Source: a virus. Taken from it: a DNA stretch of 64,000 nt. Shown piece after piece: positions 43,570-51,221 of the stretch. Every line of letters begins with the position of its first letter. Position 1 is the first letter of the stretch. A program made the position numbers and the translations under genes. Under the pieces are notes generated by a model that was not told the origin of the DNA, searched no databases, and saw only the letters and a program-made list of their open reading frames with translations. Location of the stretch: positions 28,596 through 92,595 of the IMG/VR virus record IMGVR_UViG_3300049139_000233. One strand, given 5' to 3'.

Positions 43570-43836
43570 ATGACCGTGACCGCGCCGCAGCGTCCCCAGC
43601 GAGGGCGCCCGAGGCCCGCCGAGACCATCGAACGCGACCGGAAGATCCTGTCCCTGCTCCGGGACAACCCCGATGGCCTGGCCCGCAACGACATCGCCGA
43701 GATGATGGGCCTGAACAAGTCCGTCACCTACCTGTCACTGGACCGCCTGCGCCGGGACGGCCTGGCGAAGAAGGTCAGCCCCGAGGGGTCGCAGGCCGAC
43801 AAGGACACCCTGTGGGTGGCCACCCGGGAGGGCTGA
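43570..43836 (+). CDS. winged-helix (MarR/ArsR-like) DNA-binding protein
   Basis: ERDRKILSLLRDNPDGLARNDIAEMMGLNKSVTYLSLDRLRRDGLAKKV. Confidence 0.65.
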   Translation: MTVTAPQRPQRGRPRPAETIERDRKILSLLRDNPDGLARNDIAEMMGLNKSVTYLSLDRLRRDGLAKKVSPEGSQADKDTLWVATREG

Positions 43837-44183
43837 TGCCATCGGAGCGCACGGCCTGTGACCAGGAGCCCGCACACGGCGCAGACGCCGAAGGTGCGGG
43901 CTCCGTGGTTGTCGGGGCCGACCCTTCCGCCCCGGGCGGCCCCGCCGTTCACCCGGTGGACGCCGAGGCGGCAATGCTTCAGGCCCGGGAAGTCGGCGAG
44001 GCGTTCCAGATCTTCCGCCAGAACCTGGAGCGGGTGATCCCGGCCCTCCACGAGTCGCTGCGCGACTTCGCCGAGACGGTGGGGCGGGTGGCCGGTGAGC
44101 CGCTGTCCGAGTACGACACCGGGGACGCCATGCACTGGAGCCCGCCGGCCGACGGAGAGGAGACCCACCCATGCCCCGCCTGA
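43836..44183 (+). CDS. hypothetical protein (115 aa)
   Basis: ATG overlaps the upstream stop (TGATG). Confidence 0.5.
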   Translation: MPSERTACDQEPAHGADAEGAGSVVVGADPSAPGGPAVHPVDAEAAMLQAREVGEAFQIFRQNLERVIPALHESLRDFAETVGRVAGEPLSEYDTGDAMHWSPPADGEETHPCPA

Positions 44184-44815
44184 CCGTAGCCGTCGTCATA
44201 CCGACCATCCCCGGCCGCGAGGAGTCGCTGGAGCGCGCACTGGAGTCCGTCCGTGCGCAGCGGCGCCGGCCGGACCAGGTCGTCGTGGAGCGCGACTCCC
44301 TGCGCACCGGGGCCGACCAGGCCCGCAACCGCGCGCTGGAGCGGGTCACCACGGACGTCGTGGCCTGGCTCGATGACGACGACGAGCTGAAGCCGAACCA
44401 CCTCATGGCCTGCATGCGCGTGATGGAACAGTCCCGTGAGGCGCCGGATCTCGTCTACCCGGCCCCGCAGATGCGCGGCGGCCAGGACAGGACGGCGGTG
44501 TCCGTGCAAGGCCAGTGGGTGTCCCCGTGGGGCGTCCGGTTCGGCCCTGAGCAGGCTGCGCACCTGCGCCGGTTCGGCTCGTTCATCCCCATCACGCACG
44601 TCGTGCGGACGGAGCTGGTCCGGTCCATCGGCGGGTTCCGCCCTGGCCAGGAAGTGACGACAGAGGGTGTCGGTCGCCGCTACCGTGGCGAAGACGAGGA
44701 TTACCTGGTGCGCCTGCTGGACGCAGGCGCCCGGTTCGAGCACCTGGACGCGCGCACGTGGGTCTGGAACCTCCACGGGGGCAGCACGGCCGGCCGGGGG
44801 CTCGCACACATCTGA
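44171..44815 (+). CDS. family 2 (GT-A) glycosyltransferase
   Basis: VAVVIPTIPGREESLERALESV...ARNRALE...VAWLDDDDEL (DxD). Confidence 0.75.
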   Translation: MPRLTVAVVIPTIPGREESLERALESVRAQRRRPDQVVVERDSLRTGADQARNRALERVTTDVVAWLDDDDELKPNHLMACMRVMEQSREAPDLVYPAPQMRGGQDRTAVSVQGQWVSPWGVRFGPEQAAHLRRFGSFIPITHVVRTELVRSIGGFRPGQEVTTEGVGRRYRGEDEDYLVRLLDAGARFEHLDARTWVWNLHGGSTAGRGLAHI

Positions 44816-44834
44816 ACACGGAAACGGAGGAGTC

Positions 44835-45095
44835 GTGCCGACCACCACAGTCACGACCGGACCACCCCCCAACCTCGCGGACGCGGTACGAGGACGCGTC
44901 CGCGAACTGACATCCCGTGGCGTACGGACGTTCACCGCCTCGGACTTCACCGGCGTCGCCCGCAGCGCCGGCCGGCCGGACACCTGGCTGGCGGACCATC
45001 TGCTCGTGCTGGAGGGCATCGGGGTCCTGCGGCCGGTGCCCGGCCGGGGACCGCGCACCTGGTCCCTCAACGCCGCGTCGGAGTACCTGCGGTGA
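44835..45095 (+). CDS. hypothetical protein (86 aa), winged-helix-like
   Basis: GTG at 44835 follows GGAGGAG-N2. Confidence 0.5.
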   Translation: MPTTTVTTGPPPNLADAVRGRVRELTSRGVRTFTASDFTGVARSAGRPDTWLADHLLVLEGIGVLRPVPGRGPRTWSLNAASEYLR

Positions 45096-45421
45096 CGGGG
45101 CGCATGAGGTACGGCTACGTCTACGGAGGGACAGCCGTCATCCGGGGTGAGGCCCGGATCGTGGACGGGACGGCTTGGTCCCTCGGTCCGTGCGACGAGG
45201 TGCGGCTGCGCGCGGCAGCCGTACGGGACTTGTCCCGGAGCGAGGGTGTCCCGCTCGCCGCGATAGCGATCAACGACTTCTGGTTCAGCGAGATCGTCAC
45301 GGAGGACGGCGCCGTCGGGGACATGGACGCGGCGGCCGGGCCGGACCCGTTCCGCACGCACCCGGCGGCCGGGCCGGACCCGTTCCGTCCCTGTGATGTC
45401 CCGGACGGCGGGGACACCTGA
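45092..45421 (+). CDS. hypothetical protein (109 aa) with AAGPDPFR tandem repeat
   Basis: GTG at 45092 overlaps the upstream stop (GTGA). Confidence 0.5.
   Translation: MTGRMRYGYVYGGTAVIRGEARIVDGTAWSLGPCDEVRLRAAAVRDLSRSEGVPLAAIAINDFWFSEIVTEDGAVGDMDAAAGPDPFRTHPAAGPDPFRPCDVPDGGDT
45331..45387 (+). repeat. 33-bp-period tandem repeat (two copies of GGCGGCCGGGCCGGACCCGTTCCG)
   Basis: Copies at 45331..45354 and 45364..45387; they encode AAGPDPFR twice. Confidence 0.8.
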
Positions 45422-45626
45422 CGGAGCGGGACACCGGGACAACGAGCCCCTGCGGGACAACCCCGTGGGGGCTTCGTCATGTCCCGGGGACACGGCCGTG
45501 TCCCCCGCTGCCGGGACACCGGGACATGTCCCCCTGGGGGACACCGGGACATCCGGCTTGTCCCGGGGACACGGTACGGGGACATGTCCCGGACAAAGGT
45601 TTGCCGGGACAGGGGACACGGGGACA
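45396..45626. repeat. dense array of GGGACA / TGTCCC hexamers (about 19 copies, both orientations) including 12-bp palindromes GGGACATGTCCC
   Basis: Copies read directly, for example at 45428, 45436, 45454, 45480(rev), 45487, 45499(rev), 45513, 45521, 45527(rev), 45538, 45546, 45559(rev), 45566, 45579, 45585(rev), 45606, 45613, 45621. Confidence 0.85.
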
Positions 45627-45658
45627 GATAGCGTGTACGATGATTTAGGAAAATCAGC
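45621..45658 (+). promoter_or_regulatory. P-box variant whose -35 position is a GGGACA repeat
   Basis: GGGACA-N12-GATGATTTAGGAAAATCAGC, with the same 12-bp spacing as the consensus copies. Confidence 0.45.
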
Positions 45659-45698
45659 ACCGACCAAGGAATCAGGACCAAGGAAGAGAGGACAGACG

Positions 45699-46937
45699 AT
45701 GTCCCGCATGTCCCGTCAGACGGCCGCCACCGCCGGGCTGCTTGTCCCGGCAGCCCTGGCCATGGCCATGTCCGCCGACACCTCGTACCGCTTCCTGGAG
45801 ACGGCCCTCCAGATCACACACCCTGCGGAGCGGGCCGTCCTGTGCGGGGTCGCCGAGGCGGCCATCGTGGCGCTCACGGTGTACGCGTGGGCCACCCGCA
45901 CCAAGGGGCCCGCGTACCTGGCCTACGCGGCCGTTCTCGTACAGGCCATCCCCGCCTTCGAGGTGTCCGGCGGGGTCGGGGGCCCGGTCCGCGTCATCCT
46001 CGGCCCCGTCCTGCTGGCCGTGCTCCTGCACCTGCTGCTCGGGCTCGAACTGCGCATGTCCGGCGGGAAGCCGGACAGCCTGGTCAGGGCCGCCCTGCGG
46101 GAGCTGCGGGAGCGCCTGACGGCCTTCCTGGGCATCGGCCGGCGCGGTGCGGACTCCGCCGCCATCGCACGCAGCCGCGCCGCCGACCGCGCCGTAGACC
46201 TCGCGGACCGCGTGGAGGCCGCCCGGGACGGCAGCCGCAGGCACTCCCGGCTCAAGGCGAAGCTCGCCGCGCAGATCGACGCCGCACGGCACGGCCTGAC
46301 CCCGGCCGAGGCCGTGAAGGCCGAGGCCGACATCGTCGCCCGTGTGGTCCGCCGCAAGTCGGTCACGTCGCTCGCCGGCATCCAGGCCCGCCACGACTGG
46401 GCCGTGTCCCTCGTGTCCCCCGCCAAGGCTGTCCCCGGGGACAACGGGACAGAGCCTGTCCCCGCCGCCGCGTCCCCCGCTCCGGGACATGTCCCCGGGG
46501 ACAAGGGACAGGACGGTGTCCCGGGGGACATGTCCCCCGCCGTGTCCCGGGACACGGAGACGGAGCCTGTCCCCGCTCCCGTGTCCCCCGCGCCGGCTGT
46601 CCCCCAGCCTGTCCCCGAGGTCGTGTCCCGCACCCGCGCCTCTGTCCCGGCCCTGTCCCCCGCGCGCCCCACCGTCCACGTCGCGGTGGACAAGACGCCC
46701 GAAGAGATCCCGGCCGAGCGGGACACGGTGTCCCCCGCGCGGGACAGCGAGGTCGATGTCCCCGAGGAGCTGATGGACAACCTGTCCGCCGTCGTCCGCT
46801 ATCTGATGGAGACGGCCCACAGCCGGGACGAGATCCGGCGGATCGTCCCCACCCTGCCGGGACACGAGGACGTCAAGTCGGACAGCCTGAAGAAGGCGAT
46901 CCAGCGGGCCGCGAAGGCACTTGCGGACGCGAGCTGA
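45699..46937 (+). CDS. membrane protein (DUF2637/SpdB-like N-terminus) with Pro/Val/Ser/Asp low-complexity region encoded by TGTCCC/GGGACA repeats
   Basis: Internal ATG at 45699 follows GACCAAGGAATCAGGACCAAGGAAGAGAGG. About 4 TM helices in the first 120 aa. Positioned like the Spd proteins of Streptomyces conjugative elements, upstream of a TraB-like gene. Confidence 0.6.
   Translation: MSRMSRQTAATAGLLVPAALAMAMSADTSYRFLETALQITHPAERAVLCGVAEAAIVALTVYAWATRTKGPAYLAYAAVLVQAIPAFEVSGGVGGPVRVILGPVLLAVLLHLLLGLELRMSGGKPDSLVRAALRELRERLTAFLGIGRRGADSAAIARSRAADRAVDLADRVEAARDGSRRHSRLKAKLAAQIDAARHGLTPAEAVKAEADIVARVVRRKSVTSLAGIQARHDWAVSLVSPAKAVPGDNGTEPVPAAASPAPGHVPGDKGQDGVPGDMSPAVSRDTETEPVPAPVSPAPAVPQPVPEVVSRTRASVPALSPARPTVHVAVDKTPEEIPAERDTVSPARDSEVDVPEELMDNLSAVVRYLMETAHSRDEIRRIVPTLPGHEDVKSDSLKKAIQRAAKALADAS
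46405..46770. repeat. second GGGACA / TGTCCC array (about 26 copies by eye) embedded in the coding sequence of 45699..46937
   Basis: Examples: GTGTCCCTCGTGTCCCCCGCC...CTGTCCCCGGGGACAACGGGACAGAGCCTGTCCCC...GGGACATGTCCCCGGGGACAAGGGACAGG... Confidence 0.85.
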
Positions 46938-46947
46938 CAAGCGCACT

Positions 46948-46966
46948 CTTGATTTAGGTAAAGCCC
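46948..46966 (+). promoter_or_regulatory. P-box variant
   Basis: CTTGATTTAGGTAAAGCCC, overlapping the left arm of the hairpin at 46960..46993. Confidence 0.3.
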
Positions 46967-46993
46967 TGCCGGGGACAACCCTGGTAGGGCTTT
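46960..46993 (+). terminator. hairpin terminator
   Basis: AAAGCCCT...AGGGCTTT, with an inner stem around GGGGACAACCC. Confidence 0.5.
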
Positions 46994-47038
46994 CGCCTTT
47001 CGGACTCAGGAACCAGGAACCAGGAAGAGGTACGCGGC

Positions 47039-47614
47039 ATGAGCCGTATCGGTCAGAACCACCCGGACAACCCCTTCAGCGCGCGGGGCCGCGTCAACGG
47101 ACAGTCGGACGAACAGCTCCGCAGCCGGGGTCTGGACTCCCAGGGGCACCCGGCGCCGGCGGAGGACAAGGTGGGCAAGAGCAGCAGGTCAAACGGGTTT
47201 TCCCGGCCCGGCGGCACGCGCGGCCAGAACATCGCCCAGCTCGCGCAGTCGATCGGCTCCATGGAGCTGGGCAACCAGGACGACCTGCACGCCTTCTGTG
47301 AGGCATACCGGGCGATCCTCAACTACCTCGCCGTGTCCGCCAAGATGGCGGAAGGCCAGCTCAAGGCCTCCGCGAGGGCCAACGCGAGGCAGGCCAAGGA
47401 CGGCTGGATGGGCCCCATGCAGGCCGCCAAACTGGCGAGCACGCTGCGCCAGGTCGGCAAGGACCTCGACCACATCGCCAACTCCTGCGTCGGCGGGGCC
47501 GCGAGCGCCGTCAAGGCGTGGCGGCGGTTCGAAGCACTGCTGGACGAGCTGGAGAACGACAACGGGCGGCCGAACCGCCCCGGGGGCCGCCGTGGCGGCT
47601 TCTCCGTGGTGTAA
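47039..47614 (+). CDS. hypothetical protein (191 aa)
   Basis: ATG follows AGGAACCAGGAACCAGGAAGAGG. Confidence 0.6.
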   Translation: MSRIGQNHPDNPFSARGRVNGQSDEQLRSRGLDSQGHPAPAEDKVGKSSRSNGFSRPGGTRGQNIAQLAQSIGSMELGNQDDLHAFCEAYRAILNYLAVSAKMAEGQLKASARANARQAKDGWMGPMQAAKLASTLRQVGKDLDHIANSCVGGAASAVKAWRRFEALLDELENDNGRPNRPGGRRGGFSVV

Positions 47615-47628
47615 GGGCGGTGGACGGC

Positions 47629-49605
47629 ATGAGCAAGCACACCGCGCCCCGCGTGAGGGGATACGCCCTGTTCAACGTGCCTGAGCGGGTCGTCTCGTAC
47701 GTCCTGCCGTGGGCCGTCACCGTGGCCGTCTGGCCGCTCGCCCTGGTGCTGCACCTCGTCATCGGCGACAGCCCGCTGTGGATGGCGTTCCTCGCCGTCG
47801 GGTTCACGTACCTCGCGTACGTCACATGGACGACCTGGGCGGTGCGCCGCCAGGAGACCCGGGTCATGGTCTCCGTGTTCGTCACGGCTGTCCTGACCTG
47901 GGCAGTCTTCGCCGTCGCGGTCCGGCCGTGGCAGGCGGACATCGTCAAGGCGTGGGCACTCGGCGGCCTCGTGCTGAGCGTCGCCTGGTGCGTGCGCCAC
48001 GCCGCCCTGTCCGGCGTCCGGGACACCGACAAGTCGCAGGTGGAGGGCGGTAACGACGGCCTGCTGGCCAAGGTCCGGGCGTTCAGGGACGCCCGGGTCG
48101 GCAAGACCACCGAGTCCGCCGACGAGCTGCGCGCCCGGGTCCACCTGGACGCCCCGACCACGGCGAAGGAGGCGCAGGACGCCCGGGACCAGATCGCGGC
48201 CGTCGCCGGCGTCGGCGCCGACCAGGTCAAGGTGCTCAAAGTCCCTGGTCACGAAGGTCAGGTCGACGTGGTGTTCAACCGCGCCGCCGACGTCTCCGAA
48301 CCGGTCATCTGGAAGGGCCCGATGCACCTCGGCAAGTCCATCGCGGACGCGCCGATCTGGCTCGGCCGGCGCACCGACGGATCCGACATCAACTGGTGGA
48401 TCGTCGGCGACCCGAACCCGAAAAACCCCAGGCCACTGGCCCACACCAAGTGCACCGGCGTCACCGGCGCGGGCAAGACGGAGACGATCTGCTCGGCGAT
48501 CCTCGCCATGCGGGAGCGCATCGACGTCGTCCCCGTCGTCGGCGACCCGGCCAAGTTCCAGCAGTCGTTCGGCGACATTGAGGACGTGCTGGGCCTGGCC
48601 GCCAAGACGCAGGAGGAAGTCGAGCGGCTGGTCGAGAACCTGAAGCCGCTGGTGGAGTACCGCAGCGGCCTGTTCGGCTCGCTGACCAGGGCAGACGGCG
48701 GCGTCGGCTACAAGCAGTGGGTGCCCGAGCTGTACACCCTGCACGGCATTCCGGCGGTGTTCATCGACATCGAGGAAGCGGCCGACATCGCCGCCCAGGT
48801 GGAGGACGAACTGGACGAGGCCGTGCGCAAGCTGCGGTCCCTGGGCGTCCACCTGTGCCTGTCGATGCAGACGATGCCGCACGACAACATCAGCCGGAAG
48901 ACTCGCGGCCAGTTCGCGCAGTCCCTGGCCCACGGCCAGATGGAGATGCAGGACGCCAAGTACGCCTTGCACGCCGACACGCTGGAGGCCGGGGCCGACC
49001 CGACGAAGTGGCGCAACGACGCCCCCGGCAGCCTGTATGCCGAGGTCGTGGGCACGGACCGCTCGCACTGGCCGATCGACGGCCGGGCGGTCTACCTGCC
49101 CGAAGAGGACAAGCAGCGCAGCAAGGACGCCTCCCGCCAGTACTGGGCGGAGCTGGACGAGGGTACGTACCGGATCCTCGCCCGGGGCATCGCGGACGTG
49201 GCCGCGCCGACGGCCGTGGAGCAGCCTCTGGAGGGCACCGTGGACGACGACTTCACCGAGGTCAGCCTGGACGTGACCAGCGGAGACATCGACGCCGGCG
49301 AGCCGCTGGCTCCGCCGCGCGGCGGGGTGGGCGTCACCCTGTGCGAGCCGGCAGGGGTGCGGATGTCCGAGGACGCCGCGCGGGCGGAGCTGCTGAACAG
49401 GCTGGAGATCCTGCGCCAGTCCGGCCAGCGGCGAGTCGGTGCCGAGGACATGGCCGACCTGCCCGACCTGACCGGCCGTCCGCGCGGCTGGGTGTACGCG
49501 GAGTTCGAGAACCTGGCCGACGAGGGGCTGCTGAAGCGGGTCACTCCGCCCAACATGGCGGCCGTGTACGAGATCGATCTGGGTGATCTCGCGGCCGTCG
49601 GCTGA
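47629..49605 (+). CDS. FtsK/SpoIIIE/TraB-like membrane-anchored DNA translocase
   Basis: Internal ATG at 47629. N-terminal TM helices, Walker A CTGVTGAGKTE, Walker B AVFIDIEEA. C-terminal winged helix: GRPRGWVYAEFENLADEGLLKRV. Confidence 0.85.
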   Translation: MSKHTAPRVRGYALFNVPERVVSYVLPWAVTVAVWPLALVLHLVIGDSPLWMAFLAVGFTYLAYVTWTTWAVRRQETRVMVSVFVTAVLTWAVFAVAVRPWQADIVKAWALGGLVLSVAWCVRHAALSGVRDTDKSQVEGGNDGLLAKVRAFRDARVGKTTESADELRARVHLDAPTTAKEAQDARDQIAAVAGVGADQVKVLKVPGHEGQVDVVFNRAADVSEPVIWKGPMHLGKSIADAPIWLGRRTDGSDINWWIVGDPNPKNPRPLAHTKCTGVTGAGKTETICSAILAMRERIDVVPVVGDPAKFQQSFGDIEDVLGLAAKTQEEVERLVENLKPLVEYRSGLFGSLTRADGGVGYKQWVPELYTLHGIPAVFIDIEEAADIAAQVEDELDEAVRKLRSLGVHLCLSMQTMPHDNISRKTRGQFAQSLAHGQMEMQDAKYALHADTLEAGADPTKWRNDAPGSLYAEVVGTDRSHWPIDGRAVYLPEEDKQRSKDASRQYWAELDEGTYRILARGIADVAAPTAVEQPLEGTVDDDFTEVSLDVTSGDIDAGEPLAPPRGGVGVTLCEPAGVRMSEDAARAELLNRLEILRQSGQRRVGAEDMADLPDLTGRPRGWVYAEFENLADEGLLKRVTPPNMAAVYEIDLGDLAAVG

Positions 49606-49621
49606 GCCGGTTGACGTTCTC

Positions 49622-49659
49622 TCAGGGCGGGCACCCCTATGTCAGGGGGCCCGCCCTGA
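49622..49659 (+). terminator. hairpin terminator
   Basis: TCAGGGCGGGC / GCCCGCCCTGA, downstream of the translocase gene. Confidence 0.55.
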
Positions 49660-49762
49660 CGCATTGCTGACGGGCCTCTGTGACGCCTCTGACACGTCAG
49701 CGGACACGCCCCGACTGTCCGGTGACCCGGGTGCTTACGCGGGCCTGACAGGGGCACTGACG
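49640..49762. repeat. CTGAC(A/G) repeat cluster with 12-bp palindrome CTGACACGTCAG (49689..49700)
   Basis: Copies at 49640(rev), 49656, 49667, 49680 (GTGACG), 49689, 49695(rev), 49745 and 49757, plus 49842. Confidence 0.7.
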
Positions 49763-49848
49763 AGGCCCGCAGCGGCGCGGCCTTGAGTTCTCTCCCGTTC
49801 GGCCCGGCCGGCGCGGACAACCGCTCATGACACGAGGAAGACTGACAG

Positions 49849-50241
49849 ATGACCACGGAACAGAACTGCACCAACTGCGGCGTCCCCGCAGCCTTCGCGA
49901 AGACCCTGCCGCTGTGCGCGCGGTGCGGCCTGGCGGTCGCCGAGGAGGCGCTGGGCTTCGTCTTCGGCGGACTGCGCGGCGAAGCCGGGGTGATCGAACT
50001 GCCCGCCGCCCCGGCGCCCCGGATGAGCCCGAAGGTCGCCGACGACGTGGCCCACCAGCGGCTGGCGGCCCTGCGGCGAAAGGGGGTGAAGCGGGTGACC
50101 TACGCGGATCTCAAGGACCTGACCGAGATCACCGGCCGGTCCCGGCCGTGGGTGTACCAGTGGCTGGAAGCCCGGGTGAAGGACGGCGACCTGATCAAGG
50201 ACACGTCGCAGGAGACGGTGGGGTACGTCTTCGCGTACTGA
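49849..50241 (+). CDS. Zn-ribbon + winged-helix DNA-binding protein
   Basis: CTNCG...CARCG, then TGRSRPWVYQWLEARVKDGDLIKD, which resembles the C-terminal wHTH of the translocase. Confidence 0.6.
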   Translation: MTTEQNCTNCGVPAAFAKTLPLCARCGLAVAEEALGFVFGGLRGEAGVIELPAAPAPRMSPKVADDVAHQRLAALRRKGVKRVTYADLKDLTEITGRSRPWVYQWLEARVKDGDLIKDTSQETVGYVFAY

Positions 50242-50251
50242 CCGCCGGGCT

Positions 50252-50293
50252 GGGTTGTGCGGTCGTCCCAGCTATGATTTAATTAAGTCATCG
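50252..50293 (+). promoter_or_regulatory. P-box promoter/operator
   Basis: GGGTTGTGC-N12-TATGATTTAATTAAGTCATCG. Confidence 0.65.
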
Positions 50294-50330
50294 GGCAGGA
50301 AGCTCGATAGGTAACTCCCTGGAGGAAAAG

Positions 50331-50525
50331 ATGGACGCTCGCATCGGCCACGTGACGGACGCCCGTGACACCCGCCCCGCATTCGGGATCACGTACCGCC
50401 GGTACCAGGACACCCGGAGCAGCCACGTACGGATCCAGGCGGACAACGTCGACCACGCGGTACAGGAGCTGACGAAGCACATCGGGAACACGCAGTACGC
50501 AGTGACGTCGATCCGCCCCGAGTGA
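50331..50525 (+). CDS. hypothetical protein (64 aa)
   Basis: P-box at 50252..50293; GGAGGAAAAG precedes the ATG. Confidence 0.6.
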   Translation: MDARIGHVTDARDTRPAFGITYRRYQDTRSSHVRIQADNVDHAVQELTKHIGNTQYAVTSIRPE

Positions 50526-50543
50526 CCAAGGAAGGGGCCGAAT

Positions 50544-50744
50544 ATGACCGCTCAGACCCTCCGCGCGAGCGAACTCCTCCCCGGCGATGTGGCCCGTCTC
50601 GCCATGAACCCCGAAACCGTGGAACGCATCACCAAGTCCGACGACGGCGACTGGCTCTACGTCTACACCGAAGAAGTCGGTGACGAAGCCGCTCACGTCG
50701 TCCGCCCGCACCACCTCGTGGAAGTGGAGTCCCGCGAAGGATGA
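50544..50744 (+). CDS. hypothetical protein (66 aa)
   Basis: GACCAAGGAAGGGGCC leader. Confidence 0.6.
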   Translation: MTAQTLRASELLPGDVARLAMNPETVERITKSDDGDWLYVYTEEVGDEAAHVVRPHHLVEVESREG

Positions 50745-50761
50745 CCCCGCCCGACCCCGAC

Positions 50762-50790
50762 AGCCCCGGCGCCGACCACGGCCCGGGGCT
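50762..50790 (+). terminator. hairpin terminator (GCCCCGGCGCC family)
   Basis: AGCCCCGG-cgccgaccacggc-CCGGGGCT. Confidence 0.6.
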
Positions 50791-50818
50791 TCGTCGTTCA
50801 CATACTGACCCGGCGGGC

Positions 50819-50861
50819 GGGGTTGTGCAGCCGACCGGACTATGATTTAGTTAAATCAGTC
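50819..50861 (+). promoter_or_regulatory. P-box promoter/operator
   Basis: GGGGTTGTGC-N12-TATGATTTAGTTAAATCAGTC. Confidence 0.6.
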
Positions 50862-50883
50862 GAACCGGCCGTTGGAGGAACTG

Positions 50884-51075
50884 ATGCAGTGGACTGTTGA
50901 GTCAAATCGTGCGGGGGTCAAACTGGAGGTCGCGTCCGACGACCTCGGAGAGATGGGTGCCCCGGGTACGTGGCACCGGGTCCGTCAGGGTGACTGTGTC
51001 TCGAACCCCACCCGTAACCGGGGCGACGCGCTCCGCCTCTTCCAGCGCAAGGCGTTCCGGGCCTCCGGAGCCTGA
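50884..51075 (+). CDS. hypothetical protein (63 aa)
   Basis: ATG at 50884 follows GGAGGAA; P-box at 50819..50861. Confidence 0.55.
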   Translation: MQWTVESNRAGVKLEVASDDLGEMGAPGTWHRVRQGDCVSNPTRNRGDALRLFQRKAFRASGA

Positions 51076-51090
51076 CTCCTCTCCAACCCC

Positions 51091-51123
51091 GAAGCCCCGG
51101 CGCCGACTACGGCCCGGGGCTTC
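51091..51123 (+). terminator. hairpin terminator (GCCCCGGCGCC family)
   Basis: GAAGCCCCGG-cgccgactacggc-CCGGGGCTTC. Confidence 0.65.
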
Positions 51124-51221
51124 GTCGTTCCCGCAGGTGGTTGGTCCCGCCGCCGAGGTGGTACAACTAATTCGGGGCCGCCGTCGCGGTCCCGTCGACC
51201 AAGGAACCGAGGAAGCTGACC

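Noticed and set aside
45396-46770. The GGGACA/TGTCCC arrays as a CRISPR array
   Set aside because: The units are only 6-8 bp, occur in both orientations, have irregular spacing and no spacer-sized unique inserts. One array lies inside a coding frame.
47323-49068. 581-aa minus ORF antisense to the FtsK/TraB-like gene
   Set aside because: Junk composition, while the plus frame has Walker A/B motifs and TM helices.
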